A DNA stretch of 55,115 nucleotides, filler included, from Sphacelaria rigidula (taxonomy: Eukaryota): the NCBI GenBank assembly GCA_964200075.2. It is 4 parts of 4 records of this genome, joined end to end, with 100 filler letters (N's around TTAATTAATTAA, not from the genome) between each part and the next. Parts side by side here need not be neighbours in the genome. Positions count along the whole stretch, not along the records: positions 27,614 to 41,314 come from CAXNAA020002710.1; positions 41,415 to 55,115 come from CAXNAA020002711.1; 2 more parts are not named here. One strand, 5' to 3'. Shown in pieces: positions 36,701-48,600 of this stretch. The notes under the pieces were generated by a model. It had not been told where the DNA came from and made no database searches. It was given only the letters and a program-made list of their open reading frames with translations. Both the position numbers and the translations under genes were made by a program. The first letter of the stretch is position 1; the number at the start of each line of letters is the position of its first letter.

Positions 36701-36873
36701 CAGTTGAGCTCCGTCACCTCCCGAGCGATTTGTGCCAAGGGTTTGTACAGCTCGCAACCATACACCTCCTCCGCGCCCGCCCTCGCTGCCAGCATCGAGA
36801 GCAAGCCTGTCCCGCAGCCAATATCAAGAACAACTGGCGGCCTGTCGTGGGTTCTGATGAAAGCCTGAACGGC

Positions 36874-36949
<76 letters not shown>

Positions 36950-39900
36950 ACGTACAAACGGTAGCGAAATCGCTCCGACACTGCTGGATCATCCCACATG
37001 TCGGTATATTCTGCTGTACATTGTTTTTAAAAATTCGATCGATTGATTGATTGTCGCACATAAACTGATGTCTGAGGGATCCAGCCGCGGTCACAGACAC
37101 ACGTACCCGAGGTATTGTAAAACAAAGCGAAAACGCTCGCTGAAGGAAAGCCGGGAAAGAGAGAACATAGAGAAGGCAAGGTAGAGCAAGCGGAGTCTGC
37201 AAGGTACAATAGCACACTGCAAACGCCCCGACGCCAACAGGCGAAAAATGCGTTGGGTGGTCTTACATTGGTGATGGCAGACTCGTACTTCCGGTTGCGG
37301 TCGGCGTCGTGGAGCATGGAGGTCCTGGCGTGAAGCGGAAAACAGCGTTAACGTCAAGCAGCAACAAATAAAGGTCGCAAAGACCACTGCGTATGAACGC
37401 CGTCAGCACAGCAACGGGTCACAAGAGACGACCAATCGTCACAGCAGCAAAACGTCTGCAGCAGCACGCGCACACTTGGAGTCAGTATCGAACGTTTGGA
37501 GGGTGAGAGATACCTAAACATGATTGTTGACTCGAGCTTGGAAATGGACCACGTTGAGTAAATGCAGGCCCCCGATAGACCGCAGGCATGATTTGACAAC
37601 AGGACTACATATTGGAAGCTCCTGAGAGGTCACAGGATAGCATGTGAGCCGGTACTTCGCATTTTTCTCACATTAGGGACATGGCGGTGGTGTCTTGACC
37701 CCCACGCACGCAACATCCAGAAGCGGGCGGGACATCGTATCGCACCCGGTGTTTTTGGTCGCCAACGAAGAGAGCGCGCAGAACGATACATTGTTTAGGT
37801 ACAGCACTCCAACACGCAATGTCCCGAAATAGAGCGGCATTCACATTTCCAGCAGCAGACTCATTTTTTAACCCTTAGGCTGCGACCCCCCCTCCCCCCC
37901 GCAGGTGATCGCAGATGGCCTGTGGCACATTTAGATCTAGGGTTCAAAACCGATGTTTCTCCTTATGACAAAATACCGTGTCTCATGATCGTGTGGATGT
38001 TGGGCACATGTATAGGAATTAGTGCTACAATACACGACTCCTGGTCGGTTTTGAGACACACTACAAGTCACATGCATGTACGTATGTATGTCTTCGCTGG
38101 CCTATTTTCGTGGGGGTACATGCTTTCATGCTTTGCACGTGGCGCACGGTGGCAGCTACCACTATTCCGATATATCTGGGCGACATACATCATGTCCCCC
38201 GTTCTATGCTTCCGAAGCAATTCTGGTACATTCGGGGCAGGGCTGGCACGCCTCGAGCGTGTTTGACCTTCCACGTGTGTCACATCGTCTCAACCGTAAC
38301 CCCTCTTCTTACACTGTCTGTACTGCTGCAGCAGCTGCGGCTTCTGCTTTACCGCCGTACACGCGAATTCTTTTTCATCAGCGGCTCAATACAACAATAT
38401 AAAACTGTCAGCGTGTCATCGCTTTCCACTGAACACAGTCTACTGCACGCTCTTGTTTATGTCTGCTTCTAGTGCTCCACAACAACACTTCAGACTACAG
38501 TGTGGAGCTATATTGACATAATAAGAGGGTTCAGGCAGGGATCAAAGACTACGAGTAGAGCAAAAAACACGTCCTTTACTCATGTTCGGCTATGGTTGAA
38601 TGGTCGTCACCCAAACGGTAGATGCAACTGCGCTGCGAGGTATTCACGCATATAGGTCATCTGTAGGGGAACAAGGTGATCACTCCCTCATCTCGGTCTT
38701 CCTTCCTGGCTGAGAATTTTCTTGTGGAAATTCTCAAACACGCATGGTTGACTTCGTGAGCTTTCCGATTAATAGGGGAACAGACAGCCACCCCCCTCGA
38801 AAATCACCCCCTTCCCCCCTGGAAACCCCTGGATGTCCCTGGACTGTCAGCCGGCGAAACGTTTCCAAGGGGACGGTCGCAGCCTACGGGTTAACCCCTG
38901 CGCGGGCCTGTCGCAGACTCCATATACTTCCTCTGTCCCACAAGTTATCACGGGGCGCAGATGAAATCTCTCCAAACGGAGGTGCCTACGATACTGTATT
39001 TAGGTGCATTGAAAAGTTATGGAGACGTTCATGGGAAAGAAAAAAAACGGAATTATGGTTACTGAGAAATTTCAGGACGAAATTTCCCCTATTTGGGGGA
39101 CTTGGGGGGGGGGGGGTTACTCGAGAACATTTATAATTACAGAATTTTCCGCATTTCTTTAGAACTTCGACGCTCATTCACCGGCTACATACCATAACCA
39201 CAATTGACCCTACCATGCACACCGTCCAACGTCGTGAACGGGGCGTCGAGGCATCACTGGGCTGCCGTTACGTCATGGCGGTGAAGACAGCCCTGGTCAT
39301 TCCGCCAGGCAACTCAAGGGTGCCGAAGGGCATGCTAGGTCTGCTCACCGAGCGCTACGGTGTTGGTCCCGAGTACCCGACGAAACTACGGAAGAACTCC
39401 AAAGCTCTGATAGACGACCTCGGAGGGTCCGACCTCTCAAACGAACGTCGGAGTGGGCGGCGGTCGCTTCTCATTCCAACGAAGGCCGCGGCGCTGCAGA
39501 CGGTTAACATGCAGAAATCATTAATTTACACTCAGGCATGTGTCCGACCAAGTGAAAGAAATCGAGCTGCAATGCGGAGACTGTGAGGCGTTTTAAGAAA
39601 CGGGAGGTGGAAAAGGTGGCTTGCCGCATCAAGCCGTCGATATTCTCTGCGATCAGGTATTAATAGACGAGACAGTCGGTAACCTCTTTGACGTCATCAA
39701 CTCGGACGAAAGTCGATATTTTACTCATGAGATACAAGGAGAGGGTTCGAATCTTCCTGGGTGAAGTCATCACCGGGTCTCCCCGCGTACCGCACAAGAG
39801 CCACCTTCCGAAACATCGTGGTCATTGTGGGAAACGCTCGGCTGGACCCGAGCAACCATTTCGACGGAAATATTGATATCTGGCGCAACTGCGTTCCGAA

Positions 39901-40984
39901 AACGGCCGAGCGATCGCCCAAGAGAAGTAAGAATGGGGAAGAGTACGAGTTTGTCTGCACCATCGACGCCGACTGGTAGGCGTGGTAGCTCGACGAACTT
40001 CGTCCTGCAGTCAAGCCACAGATACTGTGGCCACGTTGGAAGCGAGTAGTAGTAGTAGTAGTGCAGCAGGACGGATGGCCTTCCCAGTCGTCTGACTTCA
40101 ACATGAAATACGTGGGCTTTCTTGATCTCCGAAGTCAAGAGTATGGGGGAAGAACGCCACTTCGATAGACGAGTTTAGTGAAGACTATCTTCAAGCAGCG
40201 CGAAGAGGACGACGGACCACGTTAGGAAGGATTTGGCAAAGCCTCTTCAAGGTTTACAACCAAACACTCCGTAATTTAGGCGATAACGGCTTTAGTGTAG
40301 AGCATACCAGGGTTGCCACGCGGCAGAGGGCGGGAAGGTAGGAATGGACGGCAAAATACAATAACGAGATCTTCACCAAGGCCTGGGACTACTTCGCATC
40401 AAGTTCCAGTGGCGGTGACGGTGACTAACTTTGATTTTTATTCACATATTTGTGCAAGTTACCGCCCCCCGGAAGAGGGGAAAGGAACGCCCATTGTCGG
40501 GCCGGCTGACTTTTTCTCGGTCGTTCGCCCGTGCAGGCTAGCGCACAAACGAAGAAAGAATAGATTTGAATAACACCAAAAAAATGAAAAAAAAATATCG
40601 CCTGACGCATCGGGGACCGTTAAGGGCCCGTGTAAACATAAACGACTCTACTTAGGGGTTGGTCGAAGTATGTTATAATTTAGCTCAATCTCATTTCCTA
40701 AGCACCATCCGTCTGAATGCCGTAAAACAGAACTACTGGCCAGTACACCAACTGGTGCAAATCGATATCAACCCGCCTATGGCAGCATAGCAAAGCACAC
40801 GTCATGCGCAACTACTGCTTGACTAAAAAGGCACATTATATGACCAGGGCGAACCCCACCTGCTAAATAGGGTCAGGCGCATGTGGAAAATGACATTGCC
40901 TGGCTCACCTTGACCTGCAGTATCACCGTCGACAGGGAGCCAGCACAACCCTCCCGCTGTAGGATCCACGACAGACTGCAACAT
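30792..40984 (-). CDS. PRMT7: Protein arginine N-methyltransferase 7 (two tandem methyltransferase modules)
   Basis: Phase-consistent GT-AG exons: 37324-37267 (TSMLHDADRNRKYESAI), 36873-36685 (VLDIGCGTGLLSMLAARAGA), 36510-36430, 36254-36186 (E-IYDSALLGEG double-E loop), 35882-35674, 35112-34951, 34797-34640 (WQDHW loop), 34379-34157 (CGCGWH), 33900-33717, 33022-32840, 32674-32592, 31556-31380 and 31161-30792 (stop). Probable first exon 40984-40909 (MLQSVVDPTAGGLCW, like the NPTTG..EW N-terminus). The start and one small linking exon are uncertain. Confidence 0.92.
36876..36948. repeat. (GA)n microsatellite forming the polypyrimidine tract of a PRMT7 acceptor
   Basis: (CT)n on the minus strand directly abuts the AG at 36875-36874. 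Confidence 0.9.
37872..38890. mobile_element. 1019-bp piggyBac-like non-autonomous element
   Basis: TTAA|CCCTTAGGCTGCGACC ... GGTCGCAGCCTACGGG|TTAA (16-bp TIR with 1 mismatch; TTAA at 37868-37871 and 38891-38894). Confidence 0.8.
39215..40340 (+). pseudogene. Decayed plant-type (DD39D) Tc1/mariner transposase
   Basis: Ordered motifs across frameshifts and stops: LSNERRSGR, IKP, FDVINSDES, HKSHLPK, GNARLDP..FDGNIDIW, TAERS, LRPAVK, VVQQDG, PSQSSDFN..VGF, ATSIDE, LGRIWQSLF, GDNGFSVEH. Confidence 0.82.
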
Positions 40985-41314
40985 GACATCCCGTGTGCTC
41001 CCATCCGCCGCCGTGGCTTTCCCCACCAGCGTCTCTTCGGCGCTGGCCACGGTATTCGTAGCACGACGGGCACGCGATGGAGGCAAACGAAATATTTCCG
41101 TACGCGTTTCAGTTTACGGGTGGGGTCTCCTATCAAATGTGTTACGCGTCTCGTGTTGGCCAGGCCGAGGGTGATTGCAAAGTTGAAATAAGATGAAACC
41201 CCTAACGTTGCATTTAGGTTTTGCGTCGTATTTTCGGGGAGGGGGGAGGGGGGGGGGGGGGGAAATTAATTTGTAGTTTCCCTGTAGGTGGGGACGCTTG
41301 AAACGGCCAGGCGT

Positions 41315-41414
41315 NNNNNNNNNNNNNNNNNNNNNNNNNNNNNNNNNNNNNNNNNNNNTTAATTAATTAANNNNNNNNNNNNNNNNNNNNNNNNNNNNNN
41401 NNNNNNNNNNNNNN
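41315..41414. other. Artificial contig linker
   Basis: N44-TTAATTAATTAA-N44. Confidence 0.97.
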
Positions 41415-41959
41415 CCCCCTCCTTTTGAGGGTTGGTGTCACTTGGCAACGACGCTGTAAACCGCAGTACTCACTGCGTAAGCTAGGCAACCAGGTCACCG
41501 TCTTTTTCCCGCTCGACTCTGTTCGCGACAACCATTATGGTGGTTAACGTAGATCGTCTTGTGCGAGGTGGAGAACCACAACTCCACGCGAAGGTGATGA
41601 TCGCCATGAGTATTGTTTTAATGGTGAGACACTCATGAGGCAATGTCCAATCCGTGACTACCTCTGGAAGTGACAATCCCAGAAAATGAAGCAGCTCATT
41701 GCAGGCATCCATATGCGAGATAATCAGTATGTTTCGCGCAGAAAGAACAGTCTCAACAGAATGCAGCTCACCCCTCATGCGACTCGCCCAACACATCACG
41801 GTGCTTTGCGGCTTGGTGATTGCGAGCCTGTGCTCAACGGTCGTATGACTACATCCCCCTCCCTCCCCCACCCCACCCCTTTCTCTCGGGCTTCCGCATG
41901 TAATCGACTACTGTCGTGCGTTTTGATGCTGGGTGCTTGCTGTTCGATGACTGCGAAGT

Positions 41960-42090
41960 ATCGTTTCTTCATGATTTCCATAGTTTCGTGCCTTTTTGTT
42001 GCCATACCTGTGACCACGGAAGGCGTCCGCATCAGATGCCCAGTACGAATGTACCGCGCAGCTATCGGAACGGTTTTTAATGTGAAGACT

Positions 42091-42121
<31 letters not shown>

Positions 42122-42122
42122 C
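41960..42122 (+). mobile_element. 5'-truncated LINE-like 3' end with (CAA)n tail
   Basis: Same sequence as 5633-5740; ends in an (ACA)n run. Confidence 0.7.
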
Positions 42123-42657
42123 CTCATGTTCTCATTATTTCTGTTTTTTGTTTTTGTTAATGTCTTCTGTACATGTTTTCATGTGACTGTATTCACGCAT
42201 TCGATGTTTTTCCATGGTTCTCTTCAATTGTTGCCAAATTTCATACATATTTTGTGTGTTTTTTTCATGTTGATATTTATTTAATCGTTTTTCATGTCTT
42301 AATATTCTAGGTTTCCGTTCTCGCTGTTCTTCGCATGTTTCCATCGTCCATGCGGTCGTATTCCCGTATGGCATGCTTTCATTCTTCTACGAGTACCTTT
42401 CCCGACGTCCCTTTCGCGATTGTCCCGGTTTTTTTTACTTCAGCTACGTCTATTGTGACCACGGCTGGATCCGTCAGGGATCAGAAAGTATGTGACAGTC
42501 AATCAATCCGATACAAAATGTCACCATCATTTGTGTGTTTATGCCTTTCATATTGCCGTATTTCGTGTTTCTCGTGTTACATGTTGTCCATAATCGACGT
42601 TTTTGCATGCTTCACCATGTGTAAATGCGTTGTGTGTTCTGCGTGTTTTTGGTCCAG

Positions 42658-45600
42658 GGCTGGAAACCGCCGTCGACGGTTTCATTGGAAGCCTGTGCCG
42701 GTTCAGCTTACCCCAGTGGCATGGCACGGACGTAGTCGTTGGCGGGGGAGCTGCTGGGGGTGGAGGCGGTAGTAGCGGCGGTGCCCAGGGAGGTGGTTCA
42801 GCAGCTCTTTCTTGGAATCACGTAGGCGAGAAGCACTGTCGACCACTTGCATTCCTACTTTTTTCTCCTGTTCATCGCATGTTGGGGAGGTTTGCTTTTT
42901 GGTTCAGTCTGTTCGTTTTGTATTTTTTCTTGATGTCCCCCTTTCTCGCGTTCCCTTTAGCGAGTATCATCCGTTTTGCTTATCTTGGGTGTAAATATAT
43001 CTTGTGGATAATGACCACGACACTCCATGTATTTCTCGGCGAGCAGGCAGAGTACGGCAATCGATCAGACTATCCATCCATGAACTGCCGTCCTGTGTTG
43101 TTTCGGTTTGTGGCGGCTGGATGATGTTCAGGTAGCGAAGTAGTTGTACATATGTGGAACGGGCACACAAACCGCACCATTTGTTCGTCGTTGCTCTTCT
43201 GTTGAGAAAAAAGACACCCGGAGTTTGTTTGTCATCTTTCAAGTATCGAAGGGAGGTTTTGGCGGACAGGATTTTCGTTGTTTTATTTCCGAGATAGCCT
43301 CGAACGAGCTCTCCATGCGTTGTATCACATTTTCCTGCGACGTCTGTATTTCGGTCGGTTGCGGGTGTCCAAGATTCGTGAGTGATAGTACAGGGTTAAC
43401 GTGCATGTTATCGGTCGTTGGTTGGAGGCATTCCTGGGACGTTCTTTACATGGAACTAATTGAAAACATGGTTTGCTTTTTGTGGAAGTGACGTTGCGTA
43501 CTCGTATCCACCTGAAGAGAGACGAGAAGAAAATATGCGCCCTGAGGAACTGACATTTGTGTTCACCCGAGTGCACCGTAGCCACTAAATTGCGCTTTGT
43601 AAACAGAAGGATAGCTGTGGTAATTTTCTAGTTTTTTCGCGGGAATGACCCACCGCCTATTCACCGAAGGCCGCACGTACAGCGTTATTGTGGACCAGGC
43701 AATACCTGAGGTCGTTTGGAGTACAGCGGAGGCCCCACGTTTTGGCGGTGTAAAAGTAATGCAAGCGAAATTTGACCGCCGGAAATGGAACTCGGCCTCG
43801 ACGTCGATTGGGACCTAGCTACCAGAGAGGTAGTAGTAGTAGCAGCAGTAGCACAAATCTATGGACACCGCCGGTATTTGGGGGCTCGCCTCAAAAGGCC
43901 CGCCTAAAACTTGTGACATAACTGTGCTTGTAGGATGCAAGCTGAATATTGTTTGATTCGTCGAATGCCCCATCGACCAGCCCTTCCGCCCGCCCGCACT
44001 CCTTCTCTTCCTTGCTTTGGTTCAGTGATTGAGTGCGAGCCTGGTTCGGCGGAAACCCGGCGTGATCCGTCCCGGCTTTGTAGAGATGCGAGGTCAACGG
44101 TGACTATGCGATGCACAAACATAAATACACCCCCTCCCTTTTCTCCGACCCTCTGAAATATTGTGTCGGGTGTACAGGCGCCTTGGAAAGTTTGTTGCTT
44201 GTAACGCATCGACTGGGAAACATTCTGCGAGCGTCGTGGCACGTGGTGGTGGACACCATGGAGCAGGCTGCCACGCTGTTGACCCGGAGGGCGATAGCTC
44301 GGCCGCGATGGTCGCCCAGCTCGCTGGCGGAGGCCGAGTTGGCTGCGGTGGAGCAAAATTGCGTCGACGTCTTCCAGGCCGTGGTGAGGCATAGCTGCCT
44401 TAGTTGGTTGATACACGGCAGCACGCTATCACAGGACACGTAGGTGTAGGGCCAGGGTGGATCCCGGTCCTGGAGCACACCCACGTGGGGTAGATACCGT
44501 CTCTCTGCATGCTGCCCTAGAATGCCCCGTGTGTTAACGGATGTACCGTCACCTCGGATCATTCTCCATTTCCGTCACCAGAGTGTGGTGATACTCTGCG
44601 GGGGTGGGCCAGGGTAAGGCCGTGATCCACTGCCGTCACCATCACCCTGCTCCTCAGTCGAGGTATCGTGCATATCGCCATACACATACGGTAGTATACC
44701 TGACACGCAGCCTCGCCCCCGTGTGTCACCGTCCGTGACCCACGATGTTATTTTCCCCACCTTACCGGGGTGGTATTACACGATCTCTGAGGCTGCTGTT
44801 GTACCAAGTATGTTGCTCCAGCGCTGCGGTTATCACCGTTGTGATGTTTTCATATGTACACTAGCATGCTTCGGATTTTTTTCGTCATTCATGCACCCCT
44901 CGCGTCTTGCGTGGTGGCAACTTTGCGCTTGTTCTCTGCCGGCCTGGCACGTGGTTCGCCTTCGTGCAACATTTACCGCAGTGCCGCGTTCTATGGGGGC
45001 TATTTGTAGTGTCTCTCTTGCGTTCGTCAGCGATTCGTATCTCTCACACTCCTTCCTTGGGTACACGTCTGTCTGGTGACCATGGCCGGATCTGTTGGGG
45101 AGCAGTTGAATGAGCGACGATGAAATCAGTGACATAATCAGTCAATTGGATGACGCAATACGACACTAGTCTCTGCCGTCGTCGTTCATGTCACCTTGTA
45201 TCCTTCGACCGCGGGTCTGAAACGAAAGGCATCCAGGGCAGGTCGAGTAGAGTATACTCAATCGCGGGGTATTTGAAAGACGTACTTGAGGTACTCGGGT
45301 TGGGATGGAGTCTAGGAGTAGTACCCAAAAAAGAACTGGAAAGCGATCCCTAAAACCCTACCCCTATTTCGTGTACTTTAAGTGCGACTTTCAAAATCCA
45401 CCGCAATTGAGTATTCTCTACTCGACCTACCCTTGAAAGGCACTAAGGCAATGAAACGAAATCATTGACGATGCTCCTGTCTCACGGACCATCCCGTACG
45501 CTTCATATGTAGGCGCTCTTTCATGTTTTTTTTTTCTTTCTTTTTTCCAGGTCATGGTTGAGTAGATGTTCCACAGCAGTCTTATCTCAAAGTGCTCGTC

Positions 45601-48600
45601 CCTTGACGCTGATAAACCTGATGAACCCTGCTGGCTGTTTTGTGTCAGGAGCGGCTGGTTCGCTTTTCGACTCGCCTAGAGGACGAGGCCCTGTACATGC
45701 TCATGTCTTCTCTGCAAGCTCTGGCTGTGGTAGATCTCGCCAACAGCGCCACGCTTCTGCCTCAGGAGCGCTCCACCAAGGAGTGAGTGAACAGACCCGG
45801 GGTGTCGTGATGCGCGCTATGCTGCTAGCTGGGGTTACGAATAGTGTCGAGGCATACGGTAGGTTGCACACAGTCTACCTCGCAATTTGACGAGTAATGG
45901 ATGGGTCGATGAATATGGATATATTGATTAATGGACTTTCGCACATGAAGTGATATGATGTGCTACAAGATAGGCGTACCCACCTAAGGTAGATAAGCGG
46001 AGACACTCGCTGGAAGGAACTCGGGAGCGAACGTGCCACTGGAGCAGTGATTTTGAACACGCGTTGCTAGTTTTATTTGACACATGCTCTGACCGCAGTG
46101 CTGCTCTGGCTGAAAGCGTTCACCGAACAGGGGCGTGTACTACCATCATCACCGCACATTACACGACAGTATAGCGCAGTACTACATCACAGTCTGCTGT
46201 CTGCGATTCGAAGCTCGTTTCCGCTCTTATTCCATCTCAGCGCCGACACATTGCGAGTGTTTCCGCTTTTTAACCTTCACGGCGTCTAGCTTGTGACTAC
46301 GGCTGCATCTCGGGTATGAGCAAGTGTGCGACAAGCAATCAGTTTGTCAATCAATTCGTGTTGATTTTCGTGTTGGCATACTCCTGCTACCGCACCTACT
46401 TGATGCCACTAGTTCATCCGACTCTGTCTCTGTCTCTGTCTCTCTGTCTTCGTCTACCTGTCTGTCCTCTCTCACGATTGCCACGACTCTCACGGGACAG
46501 TTCACAGGGTACAGGGAGGGAAGCAGCTGGAGTAGGGGCGGGGGCTGCGGCTGTGGCTGGGCTGGTCTCTATCGTCGGCGCGGCTAGGTACAGCAGAAAT
46601 ATTTGATTGTGTGACTTGAGGGTGCTCCCGCGAACCCGGTGACTTGGATGTATGCACGGTTAGGACGAATCATCACGACCACGAATCACGAAATCCGCGA
46701 TTTCTTCGGGCTGATTGCCCAAAAGGGAGAAAAAAGTTGGTCGCTGGTCACACGGGTCTCCACGCAACGTTTGCGCCATTCCACGTGCCTGGGCTGCGCG
46801 TACCTGGGTTGTAACGCTGAAAACAAAGCCTGAGGATTGATACGTACCGTACGAATCAATTACACTGAAATCAAGTAATTTCCAGACGAAATATCAATTC
46901 GTCCGACCCTTGGATCTCTGGTTGAACATACGGTCAGTATGCCCGGGTGGTCCAATGGTACAGCTGACACCGTTAGGGGTGGGAGAAGGCGGATTCGATT
47001 ATTTTCACCGCATGCGTCTGGTTTGACTTCTTTGTTGGAAGTACTAGTAATTGACTAATGGTGTCCGATTCCCGTCACTGAAAGTGTAGTGACGTGGGTA
47101 ACAAATGAAAGCCTGTGTGTCCGAGTCTGTCAGATGACAGTCGATGCGGTACGGGAGTGCTGATGGTCATGGTCCAATCCGCGATACCAAATTGTCAGGA
47201 TGGCGTGTACTGGGAGGTAGACAGGTTGGTACCTTGAGAACACGAACTAGGCACGAGGAAGGGGAGGGGTTCAAAGTGTGACAAAACAAATCATTACCGT
47301 GTCATGACTCACTTCGAGCATGAAGTCGGTACATTAACTATTTAGTGATGGCCCGGCCTCATCGCGGCTAGTGGCAGCGTTAAGGATTTGAATATGCAAG
47401 CCTGGGGATCGGATCAGCGTTCCGGTACCGCGTCGGGTGAAAACAAAGGGGCTCCATTTTATCGAACTCCTGGCGTGAATCCGCACCCACACGCTAACAT
47501 AAGACATGGTGGAAAACCCTTGGGTAAGGGGGGCGGAGGAGATGTGCAGAGGATACGAAGGGTAAGGTGGACATTAGTGAAGCTCAAAATAGCGTCTGAG
47601 CCAAAACGCGTTCTGAGGACGCTGGTCGAGTCAGCGTGATGGTTCACACGCAATTGCTTGTCATCCATGGAGTTTGATCGACGAGTTCGCATAAACTCTG
47701 GTGGGGTGATTCATGCTACTTGCCTAGTAGAAATTCTGATTGTCTTGAACGGTCGGTTGATGGGGTGTGATGTAGTTGGTTCGTGTTGAGACGGAACATG
47801 CAAGGTGGATGGAACCCCTGGGTTGTTCGTGTTGAGGCGGAAAGTTCAAGGTGAAGCTCCTGTGCTATACGAGGACGAGCGATGTGGCTGTTCACACACA
47901 ACGTTGTGCGCGCGCACGGTCGAACTACCTGCTCAAGCGCGAAGCAGCCGTGTGTTTTGTTTTGGTGGCTGTACACGTGCTGTATTTGCACTCATTTTCA
48001 CACACAGTCGGACTGGCCTATAGCGTGTAGCACACACCATTCTTGCGCCGCCCCGTGCCGAAAAACACTTTGTATCGTTTGCTCTTGGCATGAAGTATTG
48101 TAGTTTGCATTTTCTGCAGCGTAAAGTACGGTATATACTTGTGAGTGCGTGCGAACATTTTTTGTACGCAATCATTTGCAGCTGGTGGGTTGAATCTTCG
48201 ACAATTTGTCACGGTCAATCGACCAATTGCTTAATCAATTAATGACCAATGTCCTCGTGTGGTGCTGTGACAAGAGGAATTCGCAACTGATTCGTGACTT
48301 GTTTGCTTTGTGTTCGATCGCGTTGACAGGGCTGCCATGTCCGGTCCGGAAGGAAGAGAAGGCAGAGATGCCCGAAACGCCGCTGGAGGAAAGCCCGCTC
48401 GAAGGAATCCGTGGGTGTCTTCGAGACTGGTGAGTCAGCGTGTAGACCTGCATTCCGCTTGACCGAAATCGAAATGTTTTATTTGGACCTCTTGTGCGCC
48501 AGTCCTTATTTCGGAACAATATTGACGGTTGATCTCCAACACCGATAACCCCGACGCTACACCCGAACAGTTCCTCTTTGTTTGCGATTGTTTCCCTCTT

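Noticed and set aside
36193-36999. 268-aa ORF as a single-exon methyltransferase
   Set aside because: It reads through introns and the (CT)n tract; only parts are real PRMT7 exons.
26958-42658. NEK-PRMT7-MON2 gene cluster or a divergent PRMT7/MON2 promoter
   Set aside because: The genes lie on different contigs joined by artificial linkers.
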